64,000 nt of DNA, taken from positions 6,751-70,750 of the forward strand of contig JABILA010000051.1 in assembly GCA_018654745.1 (NCBI GenBank), read 5' to 3'. Made by a program: the position numbers and the translations under genes. Origin of the DNA: Alphaproteobacteria bacterium (GTDB taxonomy: Bacteria > Pseudomonadota > Alphaproteobacteria > UBA2966). This document shows, one piece after another, positions 1 to 10,435 of this stretch (its first letter is position 1; each line of letters begins with the position of its first letter). The notes below the pieces were generated by a model. The model made no database searches, was not told the DNA's origin, and was given only the letters and a program-made list of their open reading frames with translations.

Positions 1-51
1 GCGGATATGCAGGCGTTCTTTGGCGGTCAGTTGTCGCCAGACCAATAACGC

Positions 52-1026
52 TCAGGCGATTCCGGCACGGCCCATATCGAGGAATTTTTGACGGCGTTCG
101 AGGCGCAAGGTGTCGCCGTCCTTGTCGATCAAATTGTCCAGAGCTTCTGCCAATGCATCACCTGTCGCTTTGATCGTTACCTCGGCACCACGGTGGGCAC
201 CACCGAGAGGTTCCTTGACGATGGTGTCGATGACACCCAATTTCAACAAATCCTGTGCCGTGAGTTTCATGGCCTCGGCAGCATCCCGGGCCTTGTCACC
301 GGAGCGCCAGAGAATGGAGGCGCAGCCTTCCGGCGTAATCACGGAATAAATCGCATGTTCAAGCATAATGACAACGTTGCCAGCTGCCAGAGCGATAGCG
401 CCGCCTGAGCCACCTTCACCAATCACGATGCTGATAAACGGCACCTTCAGGCTAAGGCCGACATCTATTGAACGGGCGATGGCTTCGGCCTGACCGCGTT
501 CCTCGGCTTCTACGCCAGGATGCGCACCTGCGGTATCCACAAATGTGATGACCGGAATATTGTTTTGTTCCGCCAGCTTCATCAGGCGCACAGCTTTACG
601 ATAACCTTCTGGCTGGGCCATGCCAAAATTGTGTTTGATACGATCTGCGGTGTTTGAGCCTTTTTCCTGGCCAATAACCATCACCGAACGTCCGCGAAAA
701 CGCCCAAGTCCACCCAGAATGGCCTTGTCTTCGCCAAAACCACGATCTCCGGCCAGCGACGTGAATTCGTCAATTAATCCAGCGACATAGTCCAGATAAT
801 GAGGGCGATCCGCATGACGGGCCACTTGCGTTTTCTGCCAGGCACCGAGATCTTCATAGGTTTCCCGCAGCAGCATATCCGAGCGGGACTCAAGTTTGGC
901 AATCTCAGACGAAACATCAACATCGCCATCTTCGGCGAGATGCTTCAATTCCTTCAGTTTGCCTTCCAAGTCGGCAAGTGGTTTCTCAAAATCCAGAAAA
1001 CTGTTCATCAACTGACCCTGGGTCAA
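52..1026 (-). CDS. accA: acetyl-CoA carboxylase carboxyltransferase subunit alpha
   Basis: 324-aa ORF. Full-length similarity to AccA, including the MNSFLDFEKP...LKHL N-terminus and the GGSGGAIALA CoA-binding region. The true start may be the internal Met at 1008. Confidence 0.9.
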   Translation of the reverse strand: MTQGQLMNSFLDFEKPLADLEGKLKELKHLAEDGDVDVSSEIAKLESRSDMLLRETYEDLGAWQKTQVARHADRPHYLDYVAGLIDEFTSLAGDRGFGEDKAILGGLGRFRGRSVMVIGQEKGSNTADRIKHNFGMAQPEGYRKAVRLMKLAEQNNIPVITFVDTAGAHPGVEAEERGQAEAIARSIDVGLSLKVPFISIVIGEGGSGGAIALAAGNVVIMLEHAIYSVITPEGCASILWRSGDKARDAAEAMKLTAQDLLKLGVIDTIVKEPLGGAHRGAEVTIKATGDALAEALDNLIDKDGDTLRLERRQKFLDMGRAGIA

Positions 1027-1179
1027 ACTTCAATATATGGATATGTGGACGAAGCCGTGACCCTGCAACATATGAAAATTCAAGTACCCACATTCTCTAG
1101 CACGTCACGTAGATCAGAGAAAGTGATGAAGGCGGACAAGGAAATTACTGGTTCCCCGTCCGCCTTCGATTAACGGTAT

Positions 1180-2253
1180 CTATTTTTTTGCTTTTGACTT
1201 TTTGGCAGCCTTTTTGGCTGGCTTCTTTTTACCAGTCGCTTTCTTGCCGGCGTCGGCAAGGGCCTTGAGGCGACGGTCAGCCGCTGCGATCTGGCGGGAA
1301 GCGGATACCATAACTTCGGCTTGCTTGATCGAGGCGATATCAACAAGTCGGCCATCAAGGGCAACAGCACCCAAACCGGCATCAGTTGCTGCCTTCATGG
1401 CTTTCAGAATGCTTTTGGCCTTGTCGACCTCAGCTTTTGACGGCGTGAAGGTCTCATTGGCAAGACCGATCTGGCTGGGGTGAATTGCCCATTTGCCTTC
1501 ACAGCCCAATACGGCTGCGCGATTGGCCTGGGCCACATATCCGGCGTCATCAGAGAAGTCACCAAAGGGGCCGTCAATGGCACGCAGGCCATTGGCGCGT
1601 GCGGCCACAACCATACGGGCAATTGCATAGTGCCACATGTCACCCCAGTGAATGTCACGGTTTCCGGCTTCATCGGCATCTGTCAGCACGTGATAGGCAG
1701 GGTTCGGTCCGCCAATGGCTGTGGTGCGTGCCTTGGTCGATGCAGCGTAATCAGCAACACCAAAATGCAATGATTCGTTACGTGGGCTGGCGGCAGCGAT
1801 TTCGTTAATGTTGGCCATGCCCAGAGCGGTTTCGATGATCATTTCAAAACCGATACGTTTCTTGAGGCCAACAGCATCCTCAACCTGTGTCACCAGCATA
1901 TCCAGCGCATAGACATCCGAAGCTGTTCCCACCTTGGGGATCATGATCAGATCAAGATGTTCACCGGCCTGTTCGATAACATCGATGACATCCCGGTACA
2001 TATAGTGTGTGTCCAGGCCGTTGATACGCAGGCTGACTGTACGTTTGCCCCAGCGTTCATCTTGCAGGGACTGAATGATGTTCTTGCGGGCATTATCCTT
2101 GTCGTCAGGCGCAACGGCGTCTTCCAGGTCAAGAAACACGACGTCCGCAGGCGACTGCAATGCGCGGTCCAGAAACTTGAGATTGCTGCCAGGAACGGCA
2201 AGTTCAGAGCGGTTCAAACGTGCGGTAGCGTCCTGGGGAATAGTGAAACTCAT
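1180..2253 (-). CDS. mcl: L-malyl-CoA / beta-methylmalyl-CoA lyase (HpcH/HpaI aldolase family) with a Lys-rich C-terminal tail
   Basis: 357-aa ORF that aligns along its length to malyl-CoA lyase (RINGLDT...IPKV...GKWAIHPSQI motifs). The last ~30 aa are KKATGKKKPAKKAAKKSKAKK. Confidence 0.8.
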   Translation of the reverse strand: MSFTIPQDATARLNRSELAVPGSNLKFLDRALQSPADVVFLDLEDAVAPDDKDNARKNIIQSLQDERWGKRTVSLRINGLDTHYMYRDVIDVIEQAGEHLDLIMIPKVGTASDVYALDMLVTQVEDAVGLKKRIGFEMIIETALGMANINEIAAASPRNESLHFGVADYAASTKARTTAIGGPNPAYHVLTDADEAGNRDIHWGDMWHYAIARMVVAARANGLRAIDGPFGDFSDDAGYVAQANRAAVLGCEGKWAIHPSQIGLANETFTPSKAEVDKAKSILKAMKAATDAGLGAVALDGRLVDIASIKQAEVMVSASRQIAAADRRLKALADAGKKATGKKKPAKKAAKKSKAKK

Positions 2254-2407
2254 GAAATAAAACTCCTGCTTTTTCGGGGGGCCGATGTGGGGGCTGATTT
2301 ATAGGCTGTCAGAAGAGCGAACTCTCTGCAAAAAGGATTGCTGGCAAGTAGCACGACCGACCGCTGCTCGCAAGTCCGCCCTGGCTGCTGGTAACCCTGC
2401 CCGCGTC

Positions 2408-3322
2408 TTAATCTTTGCGGTTGGCGAGGGGATGGTGGTTTTCGACCAGCGTTTTCAAACGGGATTCCAGAACGTGGGTATATATCTGGGTGGTCGATAT
2501 ATCGGCATGCCCCAACATTTGTTGTACCGCCCTGAGATCGGCACCATGCGCCAACAAATGGCTGGCAAAGGCGTGTCGCAAGACATGTGGTGAAACCCTG
2601 GATTTCTTGATGTTCGCCTTGATGGCCAGTTCCTTCAGCAACTGGGCAAAGCGCCGGTCTGTCAGATGGCCTGACTTCCCTCTGGATGGAAACAGCCACG
2701 GGGATTCAGCGCCTTCAGGAATGAAATAGAGCCTGACATCGCGATAGGCTGCCAAGGCCTCAAGAGCCGGATCGCTGATGGGTACGATACGCTCCTTGCC
2801 GCCTTTGCCACGTACGATCAGGAACCGTACGTCGCGTGTGATTGCCGAAAGTGGCAGGCCGACAAGTTCAGACACCCGCAAACCTGTGGCATACAATACC
2901 TCCAGCAAAGCGACCAGGCGTTTGCCCTCAGGCCCCTTTGATTTGCGCGAAAAAGCCAACAAAATGCTGACTTCTTCTTCGGACAGGTATTTTGGCAAGG
3001 GCCTGCGAATACGCGGCCCATCCACCGTTGTTGTCGGATCGTCGGACCTGAGGCCTTCTGCGTAGAGGAACCGAAAAAACTGTCTTATCGCTGACAGACG
3101 TCTGGAGACCGTTGAGGCCGCAAGCCCCCGGTCAGACAGCGAAGCGACATAGGCGCGAATATCTTCTGTTGAGGCTTCGTCGAGGACACCTGATCTGGTC
3201 GCTGAAAAGAGGCCAAAATCATCAAGGTCGCGGCGATAGCCCTCAATCGTCTTCGTGGCGGCACCACGCTCGACCGCCATCATTTCAAGAAAGGTTTCGC
3301 TGTATCTGCTGTCACCTTTCAT
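2408..3322 (-). CDS. xerD: site-specific tyrosine recombinase XerD
   Basis: 304-aa ORF with the phage-integrase N-terminal SAM-like domain and a C-terminal catalytic domain (HxLRHxFAT...LGH...Y). It sits next to accA, as xerD does in many alphaproteobacteria. Confidence 0.85.
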   Translation of the reverse strand: MKGDSRYSETFLEMMAVERGAATKTIEGYRRDLDDFGLFSATRSGVLDEASTEDIRAYVASLSDRGLAASTVSRRLSAIRQFFRFLYAEGLRSDDPTTTVDGPRIRRPLPKYLSEEEVSILLAFSRKSKGPEGKRLVALLEVLYATGLRVSELVGLPLSAITRDVRFLIVRGKGGKERIVPISDPALEALAAYRDVRLYFIPEGAESPWLFPSRGKSGHLTDRRFAQLLKELAIKANIKKSRVSPHVLRHAFASHLLAHGADLRAVQQMLGHADISTTQIYTHVLESRLKTLVENHHPLANRKD

Positions 3323-3334
3323 GTCAGCCGTTCC

Positions 3335-5476
3335 CTAGAATCCCCGACCCAGCGCAGCCTCCAGCGCCAGGGCCCGGGCTTCTGCTGCAAGGCCAACACC
3401 GTTCAAAGCCCGGATGACAGTGCGCAAGGTGGAAGGTGCCGCACTGGACGGTCCAACATCCCCAAGCGCCAGTAATCCCAGCAACACTGTTTCGCCAAGG
3501 CGTTTGTTCAATGATGCGCTTTCAAGGCTGCGGACCAGCGCTGGTGACGGCACATAGGCTGTGATCGTCAGTGACCCTTGAAGCAATCCATCCCAGGCTT
3601 GATCCGGCAAATCATAGCCCAACGCATCCAGCAATATGAAAAGCAGGGCTGATCGTTCGGTGGCCACGGCTTCGCCCAACAGTTTTTGCTGCAAGGGGAA
3701 CCAGGCGTCGATGGCTTTCGGATTCCAGCCCAGCTCACCATTTGAGTCAGCGAGCTGCATCAGGGGCCATAAATCGAGCACCGCTTTAGCCGCCAGTTCT
3801 GTCGGCCGTTTTAGTGTTACAGGGGTCGGCGCTACAACAGAAACAGGTTCTGTCGACGCAAGTTTCGGCAGCGTCGGCGTAGCACCCGGTGCGGCGGTAT
3901 CGGCATCGGCAGCAACTGTCAGCGACACGACTTGCGGCTTAACGGTTGGCAACAAGGCCAGGTTTCTGACGTAGTCAAACCAGCGTCGAGCGGATTTAAC
4001 ATCTCCGGCCATCAACAAGGCTCGGGCAATATCCACCGAGGCCCAGACCAGATCATCTGAGGGCTCGATCACACGGGTGAGGTCATATGTAACCCTCGCC
4101 ATCGTACCAAATCCACCCTCTGCCCGTGCGCGTTGCCACGCTGCCATCAAGACTTCGACCCTGGACTGGATGTTGACGTCGACGGATGCCACCTGAAACA
4201 GCAAGGCACTTAATCGCGCGCCACGAATTATTTCTGTCTGTGCTTTCCAGTTCTGTAATTCATCTTCGCTGAACTGAATTCCGGCATAGATCTGGGACAA
4301 CAGCTCGGTCGGCAAAGCACCTGCCGTTTCTGCCTTTTCAGCAGCAGCCAGCCGGACTTCGATATCGGCATTGGCCATTGTCGCTTCGGCCCGCAAAATA
4401 CCAGGGCTGGCGCCCGGTACGGCATCCGCTGGCAAGGGCTGCTGGGCTGCCCGTAACATCGCAAGCTGCAAAGGTGACGGGTCAATCAGACTATGAACAA
4501 CGGCCTGTTCGTCGCCGGTCAAGGCACGTGCCAGGGTGAAAAAGGTCTCGTCGCCAGTTACGCCCTGGTCGCGCAAAATTGACACCGCCATATCCACGGC
4601 TTCGGCTTCGCCTTCCAGCGCCTTGCAAAAAGCGAGGCCTTTGAGCCAGTAAGGGTTCGGGTCTTCCGCGACCAGTCCTTCGATGCGCACACAAAATGAG
4701 GCGCGATCACCGCTCAGCAAGAGCCCTTCCATTTTGGCTTTGATAAAGGCCGGGTCGCTCAGGCGGGCAGGAACCAGACTTAGAAGCTGATTAGTTTCAT
4801 TTGTCAGACCACCTGCACCCAGGCGTTCAACACGTAAACCCAACAAGCTGGGCGCAATGGCCTTGCCCACGGGCACCGCACTTGTGGATAGCAACAGGCG
4901 CCGGGCCAGTGATTGCATCGTCAGCGACAGCGATCCCATCGGCAGGCGTGGCAATAAAGTTTCTATGCGGGTGCGGTCGCTGCCTTGCCACATGTGTGGG
5001 CCAAAGCCGCCATTGCCTGGATCGAGCAATCCAACCGAAGAAGGATCCAGCTCCGTCAGTTCCCCGACAACCACGCCACCGGAAATATTGGCAGAGGGTT
5101 TGGCAGTACTTTCATCTGACGCCGGTTTGGTCGTTGCGGGCTTGGGTCTGGAAATTGTCAGCGTCATCACACGCCGCGGTTTCTCTGGTTCAACGGGTTG
5201 TTTCGGTGCGATCAGCGCACGGGGGGCACGGGCCGCCGGGACCTGCTGAACCTCAATCGGTGCAGCCGTCGAGGCCGGTACCTGCCCCAGAACCGGTACA
5301 GGCTTTGGTGCAGCGGGGTCCGGGTTTGTTGCAGATTGCGTCTTCTGGCCAGGGACCAGTTTAACCGGATTGCCAGCCATGGCCGGGCTGAATTGTACCC
5401 CTGTGACAACAAGCAGGGCTGCGGCAGACAGAACCCGGAACGTCCGATTGTTACTCAGATGACCAATTTTATGCAT
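3335..5476 (-). CDS. large secreted hypothetical protein with an N-terminal signal peptide, a Pro-rich linker and a mostly helical body
   Basis: Long ORF. I placed the start at the MHKIGHLS Met (the ATG at 5476, checked on the reverse strand), followed by a hydrophobic signal sequence ending in AMA. There are two Pro/Ala/Val-rich low-complexity stretches. I recognise no catalytic motif. Confidence 0.6.
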   Translation of the reverse strand: MHKIGHLSNNRTFRVLSAAALLVVTGVQFSPAMAGNPVKLVPGQKTQSATNPDPAAPKPVPVLGQVPASTAAPIEVQQVPAARAPRALIAPKQPVEPEKPRRVMTLTISRPKPATTKPASDESTAKPSANISGGVVVGELTELDPSSVGLLDPGNGGFGPHMWQGSDRTRIETLLPRLPMGSLSLTMQSLARRLLLSTSAVPVGKAIAPSLLGLRVERLGAGGLTNETNQLLSLVPARLSDPAFIKAKMEGLLLSGDRASFCVRIEGLVAEDPNPYWLKGLAFCKALEGEAEAVDMAVSILRDQGVTGDETFFTLARALTGDEQAVVHSLIDPSPLQLAMLRAAQQPLPADAVPGASPGILRAEATMANADIEVRLAAAEKAETAGALPTELLSQIYAGIQFSEDELQNWKAQTEIIRGARLSALLFQVASVDVNIQSRVEVLMAAWQRARAEGGFGTMARVTYDLTRVIEPSDDLVWASVDIARALLMAGDVKSARRWFDYVRNLALLPTVKPQVVSLTVAADADTAAPGATPTLPKLASTEPVSVVAPTPVTLKRPTELAAKAVLDLWPLMQLADSNGELGWNPKAIDAWFPLQQKLLGEAVATERSALLFILLDALGYDLPDQAWDGLLQGSLTITAYVPSPALVRSLESASLNKRLGETVLLGLLALGDVGPSSAAPSTLRTVIRALNGVGLAAEARALALEAALGRGF

Positions 5477-5486
5477 ATCTTTGGGC

Positions 5487-5636
5487 CTAGCGTGGGAACC
5501 GTTTGTCGGGCAGGACTTTCTCGACCTTTTCCGAGGGTGCAGGGATGTCCCATGTGGCGAGGAAGACACCGCCGCCGACGACAACCGTCACAAGCAAGAT
5601 AACGATAATGAATGTTGTCCGGTACATCGGCCCCAT
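5487..5636 (-). CDS. possible small single-TM membrane protein
   Basis: A 49-aa ORF (MGPMYRTTFIIVILLVTVVVGGGVFLATW...) lies immediately upstream and co-directional with the large secreted protein. A purine-rich stretch precedes the ATG. This is speculative. Confidence 0.25.
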   Translation of the reverse strand: MGPMYRTTFIIVILLVTVVVGGGVFLATWDIPAPSEKVEKVLPDKRFPR

Positions 5637-5875
5637 ATTTCTTTCTTTATCTGCCCCCGTTGCCTTGCAATTCAGGGGTACGCTCATTTATTACGGTCAT
5701 GACAATTGCCGGAACCAGCAGATACACCCTTACACCGACAAGGTCAAAGACGCTACCGAACATTGATCTTGCGACAATTGTGTCTCTGAATTGTGGCAAA
5801 GTTGCGTCAGTCTACCTATTCGGGGATTTGTGATCAACGACTGCCGCCGCCAAACGCTGAAACCAGGAGCCACGC

Positions 5876-6454
5876 ATGACAGACAACAACACCAATGACG
5901 ATGATCAGCCCACAGGCGTCTTGCCTGAGCTGGATCGTTCACTGGTACTTGTTGGCTTGATGGGGGCCGGGAAAAGTACCATCGGGCGACGTCTTGCAGC
6001 TCGTCTGGGCTTGCCATTTGTGGACGCCGATAACGAAATCGAAGCCGCCGCCGGTTGTTCCATTCAGGAAATATTTGATGAACATGGCGAAGACTATTTT
6101 CGGGATGGCGAGCGCCGCGTCATAGAGCGTCTGCTAAATGGACCAGTTTGCGTATTGGCGACGGGTGGTGGCGCTTTCATGAACGAAACCACGCGCGCCT
6201 TGATCAAGGAAAAAGGGTATTCCCTTTGGCTGCGAGCCGATCTGGAAATCCTGGTTCAGCGCACAAGCAGGCGCAGTCATCGTCCTTTGCTCAACAATGG
6301 CAATCCACGTGAAATTCTTCAAAACCTGATGGATCAGCGTTATCCCGTGTATGAGACAGCTGATATTTCCGTTGAAACAGACGATTCTCCTCACAGCGTC
6401 GTCGTCGACAGGGCCATGAAGGCACTTGTGGAAAATCACGGAGAACAGACATGA
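5876..6454 (+). CDS. aroK: shikimate kinase
   Basis: Walker A motif GLMGAGKST and overall similarity to AroK. Its stop overlaps the start of aroB. Confidence 0.9.
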   Translation: MTDNNTNDDDQPTGVLPELDRSLVLVGLMGAGKSTIGRRLAARLGLPFVDADNEIEAAAGCSIQEIFDEHGEDYFRDGERRVIERLLNGPVCVLATGGGAFMNETTRALIKEKGYSLWLRADLEILVQRTSRRSHRPLLNNGNPREILQNLMDQRYPVYETADISVETDDSPHSVVVDRAMKALVENHGEQT

Positions 6455-7590
6455 CCTCCGCCGCAACATCCGTCAGGGTCGATCTTGGTGATCGGTCCTA
6501 TGACATCATTGTGGGCGAAAACCTGCTGCCGGATGCCGGATCACTGATCCGCGCGGTTTTATCTGCAGCCGATTCTGCCAAGGTTGTCGTCGTGACGGAC
6601 GACCAGGTCGCCGGCATACATCTTGAAACCCTGACGACGTCATTGACGGACACGGGCATCCCCTGGTCGACCATCATCGTCCCGGCCGGCGAGGCCAGCA
6701 AGAGTTTTCAGCAGCTGGAAACAGTGCTGGCGCAAATGATCGACGCACGGATTGAGCGCAACGACGCTGTCATCGCACTGGGTGGTGGCGTTATCGGCGA
6801 CCTGACCGGATTTGCCGCTTCCATCCTGCGACGAGGTGTCGACGTTATCCAGATCCCGACAACCTTGCTGGCGCAGGTCGACAGTTCTGTTGGTGGCAAG
6901 ACCGCGATCAACGCGTCGCAAGGCAAAAACCTGATTGGCACCTTCCATCAGCCAAAGCTTGTCATCGCTGATATTTCAGTTTTGCAATCCCTGCCACTGC
7001 GGGAACTCAAGGCCGGATACGCCGAGGTTGTAAAATACGGCCTGATTGACGACCTGTCATTCTTCACCTGGCTGGAGGAAAACGGTCCCGCCCTGCTGAA
7101 CGGTGACAACGATTTGCGCCAACAAGCTGTGGTCAAAAGCTGCGAAGCCAAGGCGCGTGTCGTTGCCGGGGATGAGCGGGAAACCGGCAACCGGGCGCTG
7201 TTGAACCTGGGCCATACATTCGGACATGCGCTGGAAGCTGAAATGGGCTACGGCGACGGATTGCGCCATGGGGAAGCCGTGAGCATCGGCATGCGCATGG
7301 CGTTTGATTATTCTGTACATGCAGGTTTGTGCCCACAATCTGACGCCGAACGGCTGCAGCAACATTTATTAACATGCGGCATGCCGATTTATATCTCTGA
7401 TATTCCAGGCAAGAGCCAAAGCGGCGAATGGACAGCGGATAGACTGTTTCAGCATATGGGGCAGGACAAAAAAGTCAGCGCCGGACAGATAACCTTCATT
7501 CTTGCCCATGGCATCGGTCAGGGTTTTGTCACCCGTGAAGTCGACGGCAAGGACTTGCAGGAATTTTTGTCTCTCGAAGTTACAAAATAG
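6451..7590 (+). CDS. aroB: 3-dehydroquinate synthase
   Basis: 379-aa ORF with the [13 protein letters not shown] nucleotide-binding motif. Conserved aroK-aroB operon. Confidence 0.9.
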   Translation: MTSAATSVRVDLGDRSYDIIVGENLLPDAGSLIRAVLSAADSAKVVVVTDDQVAGIHLETLTTSLTDTGIPWSTIIVPAGEASKSFQQLETVLAQMIDARIERNDAVIALGGGVIGDLTGFAASILRRGVDVIQIPTTLLAQVDSSVGGKTAINASQGKNLIGTFHQPKLVIADISVLQSLPLRELKAGYAEVVKYGLIDDLSFFTWLEENGPALLNGDNDLRQQAVVKSCEAKARVVAGDERETGNRALLNLGHTFGHALEAEMGYGDGLRHGEAVSIGMRMAFDYSVHAGLCPQSDAERLQQHLLTCGMPIYISDIPGKSQSGEWTADRLFQHMGQDKKVSAGQITFILAHGIGQGFVTREVDGKDLQEFLSLEVTK

Positions 7591-7746
7591 GCCTTCAACG
7601 GAATGATCTGCCTGACCATTCGTTTTCCCGGATTACGTTAATACTTTTGCATCAATCCAAAAATCGCCTAATATAACCGGGACACGGCTTGATCGTGTCG
7701 ACCTGGCCCGTGTTGGGCGCTATCGAGGGGGCAATCAGAGACTTTA

Positions 7747-9033
7747 GTGGACGTAAGCCTGTTAATTTCCATTGCGGCAATTGTCGTTCTGCTTGTCTTG
7801 TCAGCCTTTTTTTCGGGCTCTGAAACTGCCCTGACAGCGGCCAGTCGTGCCCGCCTGCATCATCTTGAACACAAGGGAAACCGACGCGCCAAAATTGTCG
7901 GTCGCCTGAGCGAGCAAAAAGACCGCCTGATCGGCAGCATTTTGCTTGGCAATAATCTGGTCAATATTCTGGCTTCTGCCCTGGCAACGAGTATCCTGAT
8001 CGGATATTTCGGCGACGCCGGTGTTGCCTATGCCACCATTGGCATGACCGCTCTGGTGTTGATATTCGCCGAAATCATGCCAAAGACCTATGCCCTTCGC
8101 CAGCCAGACCGCACCGCCCTGGCCGTCGCTCCGCTGGTCAGCGCCTTCGTTTTCGTGCTGTCGCCGGTAACCCGGTTTTTGCAAATTATTGTGCGCCTGA
8201 GTTTGCGCATTGTTGGCATTGACGTTCGCGCCAACGAACAACTGACCAGTGCGGCGGAGGAAATCCGCAGCACGGTTGATCTGCACAGCATGGATGGCAA
8301 CATCGTCAAGCATGAGCGCGACATGATCGGCTCAATCCTTGATCTGTCGGATGTTGCCCTTGATGAAATCATGATCCATCGCAAGAACATGGAACTGATC
8401 AATGCGGACGATTCAAGTTCGGAAATTGTCGATCAGGTGCTCGGCAGCAGCTACACAAGACTGCCGATCTATCGCAACGATGCAGATGACATTGTCGGTG
8501 TACTGCATGCAAAAGACGTCTTGCGGGCGATTTCGGCCCATGAAGGTGATTTGAACGACCTGGATATTGTGGCCGTTGCCTCTGCGCCCTGGTTTGTGCC
8601 GGAAACCACAACCTTGCGCGAACAACTGAATGCCTTCCGCCAACGGCGCGCCCATTTCGCCCTGATCGTCGACGAATACGGTGCCTTGATGGGACTGGTC
8701 ACGCTGGAAGATATTCTGGAAGAAATCGTTGGTGATATTTCCGACGAACATGATCAGCATGTGGCGGGCATCCGCAAGGAAAGCGACGGGTCATATATCA
8801 TTGATGGTTCAATGACCATTCGGGATCTGAACCGCCTCTATGACTGGGACCTGCCAGACGAAGAAGCTTCAACCATTGCCGGTCTGGTGGTCTATGAGGC
8901 TGCCGTTATTCCGGTGCCGGGACAGCGCTTTACGTTTCACAACTTTCGCTTTGAAATATTACGCCGCCAGCGCAATCAGATCGTCAGCCTTCGTATCACG
9001 CCGCCGGTCGCGACAGTCCCCGAAAACAGCTAA
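7747..9033 (+). CDS. HlyC/CorC family transporter (DUF21 membrane domain, CBS pair, CorC_HlyC C-terminal domain)
   Basis: The N-terminal membrane region has the FFSGSETAL motif. The middle region carries a CBS pair. The C-terminal transporter-associated domain is present. The start codon is GTG. Confidence 0.85.
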   Translation: MDVSLLISIAAIVVLLVLSAFFSGSETALTAASRARLHHLEHKGNRRAKIVGRLSEQKDRLIGSILLGNNLVNILASALATSILIGYFGDAGVAYATIGMTALVLIFAEIMPKTYALRQPDRTALAVAPLVSAFVFVLSPVTRFLQIIVRLSLRIVGIDVRANEQLTSAAEEIRSTVDLHSMDGNIVKHERDMIGSILDLSDVALDEIMIHRKNMELINADDSSSEIVDQVLGSSYTRLPIYRNDADDIVGVLHAKDVLRAISAHEGDLNDLDIVAVASAPWFVPETTTLREQLNAFRQRRAHFALIVDEYGALMGLVTLEDILEEIVGDISDEHDQHVAGIRKESDGSYIIDGSMTIRDLNRLYDWDLPDEEASTIAGLVVYEAAVIPVPGQRFTFHNFRFEILRRQRNQIVSLRITPPVATVPENS

Positions 9034-9036
9034 CAG

Positions 9037-9912
9037 GTGCTGGATCAGCTGATTGCCATAATGGCTCCGGTGCTGATCAGTGTTGGCATTGGTTTCGTCT
9101 GGGCGCGGCGCAAGCAGGCCTGGGATACAGGCTTTATCACCAAGCTGACCTATTATGTCGGCACTCCGCTGCTGGTTTTTTCGACCATGACCAGAACCGG
9201 TCTGGACGGCGCCGCTTTCACAGAAATTGCCGGTGCTGCCCTGCTGGCGTTGGCCGGGTTTATTGTCGCCAGCATCCCCTTGCTGTGGGTGCTGCGCCTG
9301 CCATTGAAAACCTATTTACCCGGACTGATTTTCCCAAACTCCGGCAATACCGGGTTGCCGTTATGTTTGTTTGCTTTTGGGGAACCGGGCCTTGCACTCG
9401 GGATCGCCTATTTCACCGTAACCTCGATCAGCAATTTTACCCTTGGTCAGTGGATCAGTTCCGGCGAATCGTCACCCGTTGCACTGCTAAAAACGCCCTT
9501 GATCTATGCGGTGGTAATCGCCCTGATTTTTATGACATCCGACATGGAAGTGCCTTTGTGGTTGGCGAATACATCATCCCTGGTTGGCAGCCTGACAATT
9601 CCCCTGATCCTGATGACGCTTGGTGTGTCACTGGCCAACCTGAAAATCACACGCCTTGGGCGTGCCACGCTGCTTTCAGTATTTCGCCTTGGCATGGGCT
9701 TGGCTGTTGGCCTGGGCGTGGCCATGTTGCTGGGACTTGAGGGTACGGCCCGCGGCGTCGTTATTCTTGATTCTGCGATGCCGGTGGCCGTCTTCAACTA
9801 TCTTTTTGCCCAGCGTTACAACAATTCACCAGGCGACGTTGCCGGCATGGTTGTTGTCTCGACAGCGCTGTCATTTATTACGCTGCCTGCCCTGCTGTTG
9901 CTGATTATCTAG
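9037..9912 (+). CDS. AEC family transporter (auxin efflux carrier / malate permease-like)
   Basis: 291-aa polytopic membrane protein with the typical AEC N-terminus. GTG start. Confidence 0.75.
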   Translation: MLDQLIAIMAPVLISVGIGFVWARRKQAWDTGFITKLTYYVGTPLLVFSTMTRTGLDGAAFTEIAGAALLALAGFIVASIPLLWVLRLPLKTYLPGLIFPNSGNTGLPLCLFAFGEPGLALGIAYFTVTSISNFTLGQWISSGESSPVALLKTPLIYAVVIALIFMTSDMEVPLWLANTSSLVGSLTIPLILMTLGVSLANLKITRLGRATLLSVFRLGMGLAVGLGVAMLLGLEGTARGVVILDSAMPVAVFNYLFAQRYNNSPGDVAGMVVVSTALSFITLPALLLLII

Positions 9913-9937
9913 AGCGTTTCCGGGTTGGCGGAAGTGA

Positions 9938-10195
9938 TCAAGCCTGCCCGGATTGCGGGTTTCCTTGCGTAACCAGCTGCGATTTTTTTCGGAAATAAGT
10001 CAGGCAGTATACCCGCAAGGCAGATGTAAACGAGCGCCCCTGATCCCGGTCACCAGAAACTTCAAGACAGATATCCCGCAGCCTGCAGCCTTTGTCACGG
10101 CAGATTTCGTCCAACGCATCCCATTCAACAGATTCGAGCCGAACACTGGTACGCTGGTTCCCGACAAAGACATTTTTGCTGACTGTTGTACTCAC
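9938..10195 (-). CDS. ribbon-helix-helix domain protein (PF13467-like)
   Basis: The conserved core RTSVRLESVEWDALDEI...SALRVYCLTYF matches the alphaproteobacterial RHH_4 family. The N-terminal 32 aa of the longer ATG-initiated ORF (to 10291) are I/K-rich, AT-rich junk. I placed the start at the in-frame GTG at 10195, with low certainty. Confidence 0.5.
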   Translation of the reverse strand: MSTTVSKNVFVGNQRTSVRLESVEWDALDEICRDKGCRLRDICLEVSGDRDQGRSFTSALRVYCLTYFRKKSQLVTQGNPQSGQA

Positions 10196-10435
10196 TGACG
10201 AACTTTCAGAACAAAACCAATCCAAAAAGGCGAGGATTATAATTTTTCCACACGCAATTTTTATCACATACATATCAGTAGTCACAATCATTTTATGATA
10301 ATAATTGCAACAATATATATCATTGGTTGTGTTTTTGATTAATCAGGTGGTTTCCGGCGGTCTGCACCGAAAACTCAGTATATTCAGGCAAATATTGTTT
10401 CAGAAATTGTCGTCGCCAGTTGATGGCCGTTCAGA

